From Mobula hypostoma (lineage: Eukaryota): 64,000 bases of DNA. The stretch covers positions 206,152,001-206,216,000 of the forward strand of contig NC_086097.1 of assembly GCF_963921235.1 (NCBI RefSeq), in the 5' to 3' direction. The first letter of the stretch is position 1; each line of letters opens with the position of its first letter. The notes below the pieces were generated by a model. The model made no database searches. It was not told the DNA's origin and saw only the letters and a list, made by a program, of their open reading frames with translations. Made by a program: the position numbers and the translations under genes. Below are positions 39,258 to 51,037 of this stretch, piece by piece.

Positions 39258-40568
39258 ACATAGAAACATAGAAAAACCTACAGCATAATACAGGCCCTTC
39301 AGCCCACAATGCTGTGCCGAACATGTACTTACTTTAAAAATTACCTAGGGTTACCCATAGCCCTCTATTTTTCTAAGCTCCATGTACCTATCCAGGAGTC
39401 TCTAAAAAGACCCTATCATATCCGTCTCCACCACTGTCGCTGGCAGCCCATTCCACGCACTCACCACTCTCTGCGTAAAAAACTTACCCCTGACATCTCC
39501 TCTGTACCTCCTTCCAAGCACCTTAAAACTGGGTCCTCTCATGTTAGCCATTTCAGCCCTGGGAAAAAAACCTCTGACTATCCACATGATCAATGCCTCT
39601 CATCATCTCATACACCTCCATCAAGTCACCTCTCATCCTCCGCCACTCCAAGGACAAAAGACTGAGTTCACTCAACCTAGTCTCATAAGGCATGCTCCCC
39701 AATCCAGGCAACCTCCTCTGCACCCTTGCTACAGTTTCCACTTCCTTCCTGAAGTGAGGTGACCAGAACTGAGCACAGTACTCCAAGTGGGGTCTGCCAT
39801 TAATGCTATATTCTGCCATCATAATTGACCTACCAAAATGAACCACCTCACACTTATCTGGGTTGAACTCCATCTGCTACTTCTCTGCCCAGTATTGCAT
39901 CCTATTGATGTCGCACTGGAAAATCTGAAAGCCCTCCATACTATCCATAACACCCCCAACCTTTGTGTCATCAGCAAGTTTCCTAACCCATCCTTCCACT
40001 TCTTCATCCAGGTCATTTATAAAAATCATGAAGTGAAGGGGTTCCAGAAAAGATCCCTGAGGCACACCACTGGTCACCAACCTCCATGCAGGATATGATA
40101 AGTCTATAACCACTCTTTGCCTTCTGTGGGCAAGCCAGTTTTGGATCCACAAAGCAAGGTCCCCTTGGATCCCATGGCTCCTTACTTTCTCAATAAGCCT
40201 TGCTGAAATCCATATACACTATATCTACTGCTCTATCTTCATCAATGTGTCTAGTCACATCCTCAAATAATTCAATCGGGCTTGTAAGGCATGACCTGCC
40301 TTTGACAAAGCCCTGTTGAGTATTCCTAATTATATTATGCCTCTGCAAATATTCATAAATCCTGCCTCTCAGGATCTTTTCTATCAACTTACCAACTACT
40401 GACGTAAGACTCACTGGTCTATAATTTCCTGGACTATCTCTACTCCCTTTCTTGAATAAGGGAACAACATCTGCAACCCTCCAATCCTCCGGAACCTCTC
40501 CCGCCCCCACTGATGATGCAAAGATCTTCGCCGGAGGCTCAGAAATCTCCTCTCTCACCTCTCACAGT
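39258..40568 (-). mobile_element. CR1-type LINE (left arm of a head-to-head pair)
   Basis: GNYRPVSLTSVVGK and TSGVPQGS, with a (CTATGTTT)n tail at 39258. Confidence 0.9.
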
Positions 40569-41297
40569 GGCAGAATATACAGTAGTGTTAACGGTAAGAC
40601 TGTTGGCAGTATGGAGGATCAGAGGGATCTTGGGCTCCGAGTCCATAGGACACTCAAAGCTGCTGCACAAGTTGACTCTGTGGTTAAGAAAGCATATGAT
40701 GCATTGGTCTTCATCAATCGTAGGAGTGAGTTTAAGAGCCGAGAGGTAATGTTGCAGCTATACAGGACCCTGGTCAGACCCCAGTTGGAGTACGGTGCTC
40801 AGTTCTGGTCGCCTCACTACAGCAAGGATGTGGAAACCATAGAAAGGGTGCAGAGGAGATTTACAAGGAATGGGAATAGGACGAGTGAACTTGGCCTTTT
40901 CTCCTTGGAGCAGCGGAGCATGAGAGATGACCTGATAGAGGTGTATAAGATGATGAGAAGCATTAATCGTGTGGATAGTCAGAGGCTTTTTCCCAGGGCT
41001 GAAATGGCTAACACAAGAGGGTACAGTTTTAAGGTATTTAGAAGTAGGTACAGAGAAGATGTCAGGGGTACGTTTTTTTATGCAGAGAGTGGTGAGTGCG
41101 TGGAATGGGCTGCCAGCGACGGTGGTGGAGGCGGATACAATAGGGTCTTTTAAGAGACTCCTGGACAGGTACATGGACCTCAGAAAAATAGAGGGCTATG
41201 GGTAACCCTAGGTAATTTCTAAGGTAAGGACATGTTCGGCACAGTTTGTCGGCTGAAGGGCCTGTATTGTGCTGTAGGCTTTCTATGTTCTCTGTTT
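40569..41297 (+). mobile_element. CR1-type LINE (right arm, same family)
   Basis: QRDLGLRV and RPQLEYGAQFWSP, with tail TTCTATGTTCTCTGTT. Confidence 0.9.
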
Positions 41298-41329
41298 AAT
41301 TATGTTATTTCTTTGATAGTAGCCAGAAA

Positions 41330-43125
41330 CACAGAATGACTTAAGTTTACAGCCCAGAATTAGGCCTTTTGAGCCCACTTCATCCTTTCTGATCACGATG
41401 CCCGTCTATGGTTCCATATCCTACCACAGTCGGTATAAAATAACTTATCCCCCAGATCTCCTTTTAACTTCTACCTTTCCACCTTAAACCTATACTATCT
41501 AGTTTAGTTTCCCTGATTTGAGAAAAACATTTTGCCTATCTACACAATCCATGGCCCTCACAATTTTATAAACTGCTATAAGGTTACCACCTCAGCCTCT
41601 TACATTCCCATGAAAATAAACCCAACCTAACAATCTCCTCTTATAATTATAGCACCCCCTCTCATTCTACACAAAATTCAAGTGGATTTCTTCTGAAATC
41701 TCTCTATTGCTATCGCATCCTACTGTAGAGCGGCACCTTGAAATGAACACAATTGTAAATGTAGTATAACCAATAGTTTATACAACTGCAACACAAACTT
41801 CCCAACTCTTATACTCAATAGCTTGGCCCATTAAGGAAAGTGTATTGAAACTGTTTTCACTACGCTATCCATTTGTGATGCCACTTTCATGAAGGTATGG
41901 CTTCTTGCTGCCTTAACCAGCCAATTAGACCTTGTCAAAAGTCTTACTAAAGTCTATACATCTACCAGGTTCAAAGTTTAAAGTAAAGCGATTATCAAAG
42001 TATATATAAGTCACCATATACAACCGATTCATTTTCTTGTAGGCATACTCAATAAATCCAATAATCGTAACAGAATCAATGAAAGACCACACTAACAAGG
42101 TGAACAATCAGTGTTCAAGACAACAAAATGTGTAATTACAAAAAGAAAAAAAAAAGAAGTAATAATAAATAAACAAGCAAGTAATAAATATCGAGAATAT
42201 GAGATGAAGAGTCTTGAATGTGAGTCCACAGGTTGTGGGAACAATTCAATGATGGGACATTTGAAGTTTACTGAAGTTATCCCCTCTGGTTCAAGAGCCT
42301 GATGGTGATGAACATACATAGAATATAGAAATCTAGAGCACATTACAGCCCTTTGACCGGCAATGTTGTGCCAACCATGTAACCTACTCTAGAAACTGCC
42401 TAGAATTTCCCTACTGCATAGCCCTCTATTTTTTGAAGCTCCAAGAACCTATCTAAGTGTCTCTTAAAAGACCCTATTGTATCAGTCTCTACCACCATTG
42501 CTGGCAGTGCATGCCACGCACCCACCATTTTATGTGCGAAAAACTTATCACTGACATCCCCCTAGTACCTACTTCCAAGCATCTTTAAACTATGACCCCT
42601 CATATTAGCCATTTCAGCCCTGGGAAAAAGCCTCTGACTATCCACACAATCAATGCCACTCATCATCTTATACACCTCTATCAGGTAACCTCTCATCCTC
42701 CGTCACTCCAAGGAGAAAAGGCCGAGTTCACTCAACCTATTCTCATAAGGCATGCTCTCCAATCCAGGCAACATCCTTGTAAATTTCCTCTGCACCCTTT
42801 CTATGGTTTCCACATCCTTGCTGTAGTGAGGCGACCAGAACCGAGCATAGAACTCCAATCAGGGTCTAACTAAGGTTTTATACAGCTGTAACATTACCTC
42901 GTGGCTCTTGAACTCAATCCCATGACTGATAAAGGCCAACACACCATACGCCTTCTTAAGAACACTGACAACCTGTGCAGCAGCTCTGAATGTCCTGTGG
43001 ACATGGACTCTAAAATCTCACTGATCCTGCACACTGCCAAGAATTTTAGCATGATGATGTTGCCTTCATCAATTTTCTTAATTACAGTCTCAAAAAGTTC
43101 AACCAGATTAACCTGCACAAAGGCA
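41330..43125 (-). mobile_element. Older CR1 split by a Rex1 3' end (about 41967-42312) and a younger CR1 (about 42313-43045)
   Basis: Host IDFSKTFDKV near 41930-41960 resumes as LVELFETVIKKIDEG near 43060-43110. The inner CR1 is the same family as 39258-41297. Confidence 0.75.
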
Positions 43126-44239
43126 TTTTGCCTCCTCCAGATTAGTCCCACAACTTCCTTACCCTTACAATTCATACCGGTTTCACTGGACTGTTGGCTC
43201 CAGACTGTTCATTTTGAAAAAGGGCACACATTAGCTAAACAGAAATGATGTATGCATTAAAAATGCTCTACAAGGATGCCAATTCTAAAAGGAGTTTGTA
43301 TAGTCTTTATCATGCCATCTAGAATGAATGTAATGCATTTAAGTGCTTCCCCAAGACTTTTTTCTCTGTAATTAGAGCACCTCCACAAAATAAAGGCAGA
43401 ACAAATAAATTTCCATATTCTACTATTTATAGAAGAACATTTCTTTCAAAAATATCACAATCAAATCTTCCTTAATTAGTGAACAAAATTGGTTGAATGA
43501 AAACAACTTGCAATGTTAGCAGCATTCTAGGACAACTAAAACAACTAACACAATCCCCAGAATCTCCCCAGGTTGTTTGCCTGTCTACTAAACCTGTTTT
43601 TACCTTCTGAATGAACCTGGGAATTCTGCCCTACAGTAAAGGGCAGAATTACAAACTTAAATCAAACATAAATCTCTGTCAGCCACGGAATTCACAAGTC
43701 TAAACTGAATTGATTACCAAAGCTATCAAATTGTTAACATCCCTTATATTCAACCATTCAAAAGCTATTAAAATACTATTGCATTAAAGAATTAAAAATG
43801 AAGGTAAAACACAAAGAGATTACCTTTTAAAGTAGTAAACACATTGAGATCAAGGAAAATCATTAAAATGTGTTAATTAAAACTTGCCTCTCTCCTTTGC
43901 AGCCTGGCACAGGTTCAAAAGGCAGATTTTCCATGTAAATTTTAGAAAATTATATTGAGTTTGCACTCCATCTTCAGATATTTTTAGAAATCAAAGCTGC
44001 TGACATTTGATTTGCAATCAGATGTGTAAACAATAGGAGAGCTTAGCCTAGTGAATTGAACATCTAGGAGGTTAAAGATAAATATTCAAAACTGCCAGAC
44101 TTTTGTGGAAATTTAACATTAAGCAGTGGGAGTTATTGGGTGTAACCAATTAGATCAGCTTTAAAAGTAATCCAAGAAGAAGGAATTCTTACAAGAAGTA
44201 GCCAGCAAGTAGTTGGCAAGAAATTAGAAATTAAATAAT

Positions 44240-46080
44240 CCACTATGAGGTTTCGGGGTACTTGGAGGCACACAATAAAATAGAATAAAGTTAGCATGGT
44301 TTTGTTAAGGAAAAATTTTGCCTAACAAATCTTTGAATGCTTTGAGGAAATAACAAGCAAGGTAGACAAAGAAGAGTCAGTGGAAGTTGTTTATTTGGAT
44401 ATTCAGAAAGCTTTGAAAGGTGCCACACATGAGGCTGCTAAACAAGATGAGAGCAGATGAGAGACTTGTTCTGGAGCTGCTCCGGCCTATGGTCAGGCCA
44501 CACTTAGATTCCCTCCAGTTCTCCTCTCAGCCCCGACTAGGAGTTGAGGATGCCATTATCTACCTGCTGAACTGTGTCTACGCCCACCTGGACAAGCCAG
44601 CGAGCACTGCGAGGGTCATGTTTTTTGACTTCTCCAGTGCGTTCAACACCATCCGCCCTGCTCTGCTGGGGAGAAGCTGACAGCGATGCAGGTGGATGCT
44701 TTCCTGGTGTCATGGATTCTTGATTACCTGACTGGCAGACCACAGTACGTGTGCTTGCAACACTGTGTGTCCCACAGAGAGATCAGCAGTTATCAGCAGC
44801 ACTGGGGCTCCACAGGGGACTGTCTTGTCTCCCTTTCTCTTCACCACTTACACCTCGGACTTCAACTACTGCACAGAGTCTTGTCATCTTCAGAAGTTTT
44901 CGGATGACTCTGCCATAGTTGGATGCATCAGCTAGGGAGATTAGGCCGAGAACAGGGCTACAGTAGGAAACTTTGTCACATGGTGTGAGCAGAATTATCT
45001 GCAGCTTAATGTGAAAAAGACTAAGGAGCTGGTGGTAGACCTGAGGAGAGCTAAGGTACCAGTGACCCCTGTTTCCATTTAGAGGGTCAGTGTGGACATG
45101 GTGGAGGATTACAAATACCTGGGGATATGAATTGACAATAAACTGGACTGGTCAAAGAACACTGAGGCTGTCGACAAGAAGGGTCAGAGCCGTCTCTATT
45201 TCCTGAGGAAACTGAGGTCCTTCAACATCTGCCGGACGATGCTGAGGATGTTTTACGAGTCTGTGGTGGCCAGTGCTATCATGTTTGTTGTTGTGTGCTG
45301 GGGCAGCAGGCTGAGGGTAGCAGACACCAACAGAATCATCAAACCCATTCGTAAGGCCAGTGATGTTGTAGGGATGGAACTGGACTCTTTGACGGTGGTG
45401 TCTGAAAAGAGGATGCTGTCTAAGTTGCATGCCATCTTGGTCAATGTCTCCCATCCACTACATAATGTACTGGGTGGGCACAGGAGTACATTCAGCCAGA
45501 GACTCATTCCTCCGAGATGCAGCACAGAGTGTCACAGGAAGTCATTCCTGCCTGTGGCCATCAAATTTTACAACTCCTCCCTTGGAGAGTCAGACACCCT
45601 GAGCCGATAGGCTGGTCCTGGACTTATTTCATAATTTACTGGCATAATTTACATATTACTATTTAACTATTTATTACTATTTTTCTATTACTATTCTATT
45701 ACTAGTTATTATTTCTATGATTATTAATATTTACTATTTACTAATAGTAGTATTACTATTACTATTTCTATTACTATTTATTATTTACAGTGCAACTGTA
45801 ATGAAAACCAATTTCCCCCCGGATCAATAAAGAATGACTATGACTATGACTATGTTGTAACAGGAAAGATACTAGCATGGACACAAGATTGGCTGATTGG
45901 CAGGAAGAAAAGAGGGGAATAAAGGGGGGCTGTCAGTGTCTAGTGGCACTCCACAGGGGTTGTTGTTGGGTCTACTACCTCTCACATTATATGCCAATGA
46001 TCTGGTTAGCCCAAGGCCAAGTTTGAGGATGATACAAAGATAGGTGGAAGGACGAGCAATGTTGAGGAAGCAGGGAGTCT
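44240..46080 (+). mobile_element. CR1 fragment split by a Rex1 insertion
   Basis: VPHMRLLNK before 44458, resuming as ACAGGAAAGATACTAGCATGG at 45860. Confidence 0.75.
44458..45853 (+). mobile_element. Rex1/Babar LINE, 5'-truncated
   Basis: RVMFFDFSSAFNTIRP, FSDDS and YFLRKLRSF, with a TAT/TAC low-complexity 3' UTR, AATAAA and an (ATGACT)n tail. Confidence 0.92.
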
Positions 46081-46234
46081 TTAGAAAACAAAATTCAGTA
46101 TCATAAAGATATCACTGAATCTCATTTGAAATTTACAATGAAAGTGAAAAATGAACAGTACCTTCACTCAACATATGAGATTTGGAAGAAGAGTGGCCAA
46201 AATTAAAATGTTAAGTATGATGTGCTTGGTCTTT

Positions 46235-47710
46235 TTCTTGGTATTTTTCTCACTCATAATGGATGGCATGCCTGTGTAGTGTTCCCTCAACCTCAGGTCC
46301 TCTACCAGATGCCTGGATCTTGAGTGCTCAGCAGAGTATCCGTGCTGTTCTTAGTAGTGTGCACCTCTGGACCAAGATCTCAGATGTTGATCCTGGGATT
46401 TGTTGGAGCCACTCTCCCAGCCCAGGTGTCACAGCTCCAAATGCTCCCACCACCACCAGGATTACTCTGGCTTTATCCTTCCACATCATTTCTATCTAAT
46501 CTTTCAAGCCCTGCTATTTCTCCAGCTTCTCATATTTTTTCTTCCTGAAGTTAGTATCATTCAGGATTGCCACATCTATCACTATTGCTTTGTTCTGTTC
46601 CTTGTCCAGTATTACTATGTCCAGTTGGTTGGCCAGTACCTGCTTATCAGTCAGTATTTGAAAGTTCCACAGGATCTTAGCTCTGTCATTCTCCACTCCC
46701 TTGTCAGGTGTTTACCATTTGGACTTGGGAGTGTCCAATCCATATTCAGCACAGATGTTCCTGTACACAATTCCTGTAGTTTGGTTGTGCTGTTCAGTGC
46801 ATGCTGTCCCCGCCTGCATCTTGCACCTTGCTATTATGTGCTGGATGGTTTCAGCGGATTCTTTGCACAGTCTGCATCTTAGGTCTTGTCTGGTGTGATA
46901 GAGCCCTGCTTCTGTTGCTCTTGCACTCAGCACCTGTTCTTTGTACAGCCATAAGCAGTGCCTCTGTGCTATCCCTGAGTCCTGCCATTTCCAATCACTG
47001 GTAGGACTTTCTTATGTCATCCACCTCTGACATCTGGCGCTGGCACATCCCATGCTCTGGCTTGTCCTACCATGGCCTCTGGTCTTGTGGCTCTGCTTCA
47101 CCCACTTTCATTTCCATTATCTCCTGCTTGTTGTCTGAAGTATTCTCCTAGCAGGTGGTCCTTAGGGACCATCTTCCTGACATTCTCATGGATGTATCAC
47201 ATTTCTTCCAGGACTGTGGGACTAACACTTCCAAGACCCCATCCTCCTTTATTCCAGTGAGTGTACAGTTGCTCGACATTGGACGGAAAGTATCATTAGT
47301 AGTTTCTGGGTCTTGATGTAAGTGGCTTCCAGTTCATTCTTTGGCCAGCAGAGTATTGTAGATGGGTATCTGACGACTGGTAGGATGAATGTGTTGATGG
47401 CTCTTTCCATTCAGCTGGACGTGTCTCACTCTTTGGAGGTACTTGGATGTTACAGCCTTCCTTGTGTCCTCCTTGAGTCCTCAGGTATTTGTAGCTGTCT
47501 TGTACATCTGGTATGTGGTTTCAGGTAACTTGACTCCACCAGTCTTGATGAGTTTGCCTCTTTTCACTACCATATGGCTGCACTTTCCCAGTCCAAATGA
47601 CATCTTGATGTCTCTACTGTACACCCCATCCTTATCAGGAGGATTAGTGAGGCAGTCTCTTTCATTTCTGGCATACAGCTTGATGTCATCCATATACAAG
47701 AGATAGCTGA
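46235..47710 (-). mobile_element. R4/Rex6(Dong)-type non-LTR retrotransposon with restriction-like endonuclease, decayed
   Basis: LLYMDDIKLYA (RT), CRLCKESAETIQHIIARC (CCHC) and NQLDIVILDK...IVIDVAI (degenerate PD-(D/E)xK nuclease). Confidence 0.85.
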
Positions 47711-48122
47711 TATATACACAGTATACAATATAATACAACTACTATTTAGACATCTACAGCATAGTAGACTTTACATTGTCTCATTCAGGCCTTAAAATTT
47801 TATCACTGTGGAGGACTTCTTACCCTTGTGAGATAATGTCTTCCTGATCAAGGTGGGGGAGGACGGGTGAGCTCTGATGGCAGGTGAGACTTGTGGCTGT
47901 GAGACAATCTCAGGTTCTGTGACACTTGTAAGAGTTAACTCTGGGACTGGAAGAAGTGGTTCTGACAGCACTGGACAGTTGACTCTGCTCTCCCAATATG
48001 ACTGATGTATCATCCCCAGATGGCATCAGACACAGTCTCCGCTGTGTAGGAGAGTGATCTGTTTTTCATCTTTCCATGTACCCACTTTTGATTATCTCTG
48101 TAGTCCCTCACCAGGACTACTT

Positions 48123-48724
48123 CAGACATTCCACCTCTCCCGGAACTTCCGGGAGTCTCTGGCATATTAATAGTGGCTCCCTGATGCCCGCAAATTATAT
48201 ACAATATCATGGAAATCAATTTTTTTGAGAGCGAGCGAGAGAAAAGCAAGAGAGAGCGCGAGAGCGACCACGAGAGCACACGCGAGAGCGAAGGCAAGCG
48301 ACAGCGAAAGCAAGCAAGCGAGGGAGAGCGAGTGAGAGTGCTCGAGAGCATGCGAGTGACCACGAGAGAGAGAGCGCGCGCGCCATTGTAGAGTGTTCCA
48401 AAAACAAATATAAAACGTATGTCACCCCAGACAACACTAAAGTGTACCCCTGCCTAATAGGGGTCAAAATAATGACTGTGTTACTCACTGCACTGTTTGC
48501 AACAGTGACTTTTCTATTGCCCATGGTAGGTTAAGACTGTAAAAGACATGTTAAGGTGAGTTTAACAGGTGTCATTTGTTCATTAGCATAGCTAACGTTA
48601 TTTAAACTAGCTGGCCAGCTGCTAAGGAGCTACTCTATTGCAGACATCCCACCTCTCCTGGAAGTCTCCCGCAAATTGATGGTGCTACCTCCCCGAAATG
48701 AGTTTTTGCAGGGTGGGATGTCTG
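48123..48724. mobile_element. MITE with CAGACATCCCACC TIRs and a 6-bp TSD (hAT6-like)
   Basis: TSD CTACTT at 48117-48122 and 48725-48730. Removing the insert restores Gypsy PGQVVLVRDY. Confidence 0.85.
48228..48382. repeat. (GA)n/(GAGC)n degenerate microsatellite, CpG-rich
   Basis: Visible directly, inside the MITE. Confidence 0.9.
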
Positions 48725-50508
48725 CTACTTGCCCAGGAATGAAACATTGAACCCTCTTGTTTGAGAAGCCCTCAATTTGTCTCAACTGTTTGAACTGTAT
48801 ACCCCTTCTGAGAGTGAGATTGAGAAGATCCAAGTGTGAGCACAAGGGACAATACAGTAACAGCATAGCTGGTGAGTGGTTGGTTGTGGAGTGTGCTGCA
48901 CTACGATATGCAAGAAAGAACTTGGCGAACTTCTGATTCGGTGCAGTATGCTCTACTAACATTGCTTGAAATGCGTTCTTCAGACTCTGGCCAAAACTTT
49001 CCACCTAGCCATTTGTAGTTGGGAGGTACAGTGCAGGTGTAATGTATCTTAATCCATTCATTTTCAGGAATGACTGAAACATGTTCGCAACAAACTGTGG
49101 TCCATTGTCATTAACTAAGTGTTCTGGAACACCAGTCCTTGAAAAAAGGCTTTTCAACACATCAACAGTGTGTGAGGCTGTAGTGGAGGCTATTGGTAAC
49201 ACCTCTGGCCGCTTTGTAGATGCATCCACTGCTACCAAGAAATTTGTGTCCATGAATGGTCCAGCAAAGTCCACATGAATCATCTGCAAAGGCAATGCAG
49301 GCCATTCCTAAGCATGGAGCGGTACTGTTCTTGGCATCTTCTGGACGTGTTGGCATCCTGAACAGTGCATGGCAAACTACATGATCTGCTGATCTGTCCC
49401 AGGCCACTAAACAAAGCTTCCAGCCAATGCTTTCATTTTAACCACTCCTAGATGACTGGCATGTAGCTCCTCCAACACTTTCGCTCTCAGCACGGATGGT
49501 AAAACCCACAATCCCCACATAAGGCATCCTCTGAAAAGAGCATGTTTATCCCAGTGCTGTTAAAAATAGGGAACCGGAATTCCAGCGTAAATTCCACCCA
49601 TTTTGGGTGGCCATGTAGACCGGAGACAGTCTGAAGTCTTTTCTAGTTTTCTTTGTATTATCTCTACTGTAATGGAGGGAGACTGATTACAGAGAACATG
49701 TCAAGAGGAGTGTCCTCTTTCATAAATTTTTCAGGTATATCCTTTTCTAAGGGTAAATGGGATGAGCCTTCAGCATTTCCATGATTAGTCATCCTCTTAT
49801 ACTTATCTTGTAATTGTGTCCTCCATTTCTGCATTCGTGCTGCTACTGTTAGTGGAACACCCTTCTGTAGATTGACAATGGAGGCCAGTGGTTGATTATC
49901 AGTAATGAAGTTAAATCCTCTCCCATAAAAGTACTGGCTGAAATGTTTTACACCATTCACTAGATTCAAGGCCTCTCTGTCAATCTATGCATAATTTTTC
50001 TCTGCAACAGTAAGGCTATGTGTTGTTTGCTTCCATCACTCATAACATGTGACATGAAAGCAAGGGGGTCACAGACGAGCTTCAATAGACGATATGGATC
50101 ATAATGTGAGTACGGTGTCTACCATCACTATTTCCTTTGCCTTTTGGAAAGCCACCTCACACTGCTTTGTCCATTGCCATTACTTTCCCATCTGTAGTAA
50201 TGAATTCAAGGGGTGGAGCACAGAAGCCAGGTGTGACAAATCATAAAATGAACCACAACTGTGACACATTCTTTGGCCTTGGGGCATCCATCACTGCTTG
50301 AATTTTCTCATCACACTTATGTAACTCTTGTTCATCAGTGGTGTGTCCACAGAAAGTGATGCTTGGTTTAAGGAATTCACACTTGTCGTGACATGCTCTG
50401 AGTCCAGAATCTTCTAATCTTTTTAAAACAGTCTTGAGATTTTAGGGATGTACCTTGACATCATTACCAGCAACAATGATGTCATCTAGGTAACATGGGG
50501 TACCAGGG

Positions 50509-51037
50509 TGAGATGTTGAAGGGTTGAAGGGGTTGGCGGGTGGTTTTCGGACCCTTGTGAGGAGGGGTTGCTCGGACTTCTGTCTGGGTGCTCTGCCTGT
50601 GTTGCTTTCAGACTGACAATTTTGCAGAAGTTATGTTTTGTGAATTGGGTTCCACTTTTCAGTCTTTGTCTCGTAAGCTAGTTCTATAAATACTCTGGAC
50701 AAAGGTTTAAATAAAGGATCGCCTGGTGAGGCAATGTCTTGAAGCAGGTTCAATGATTTGTTAATGATCAATTACCTTATAAGTACCTTATGTTACTGTT
50801 GCTGAGCAAGTAATGAAGAAATTGTGCAATTGCTTAATAAGTGTATGCAACTACATGTGTACAAAAGAGCCATGCTTGTACAAGTAATTAGCAACCCCGA
50901 TGCAGACTCCAAGAGAGTGTTGAAGGGGGTTCTCTCCAGTAGCGAGCTACTAAATAAAGAAGCTGTTGCTTTATCTTCCGTAGTAACGTGTGCTCTTGCA
51001 TCAGGTAATGGGTAATAATTAGAAGTAAAGTTTAATT
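50509..51037 (+). mobile_element. Solo-LTR-like insertion in the Gypsy RT
   Basis: Splits the host frame just upstream of YLDD. Begins with TG and has AATAAA at 50953-50958. The flanks are imperfect (AGGG/TGGG) and there is no terminal CA. Confidence 0.5.

Noticed and set aside
40452..41153. 233-aa ORF
   Set aside because: It is chance read-through across the junction of two opposed CR1 copies.
45650..45853. Repeat array or CRISPR-like structure
   Set aside because: It is a simple TAT/TAC low-complexity expansion and (ATGACT)n LINE tail, with no repeat-spacer periodicity, in eukaryotic DNA.
48010..48524. Ser/Leu/Arg/Glu-rich ORFs and an apparent CpG island
   Set aside because: These are products of the (GA)n/(GAGC)n microsatellite inside a MITE.
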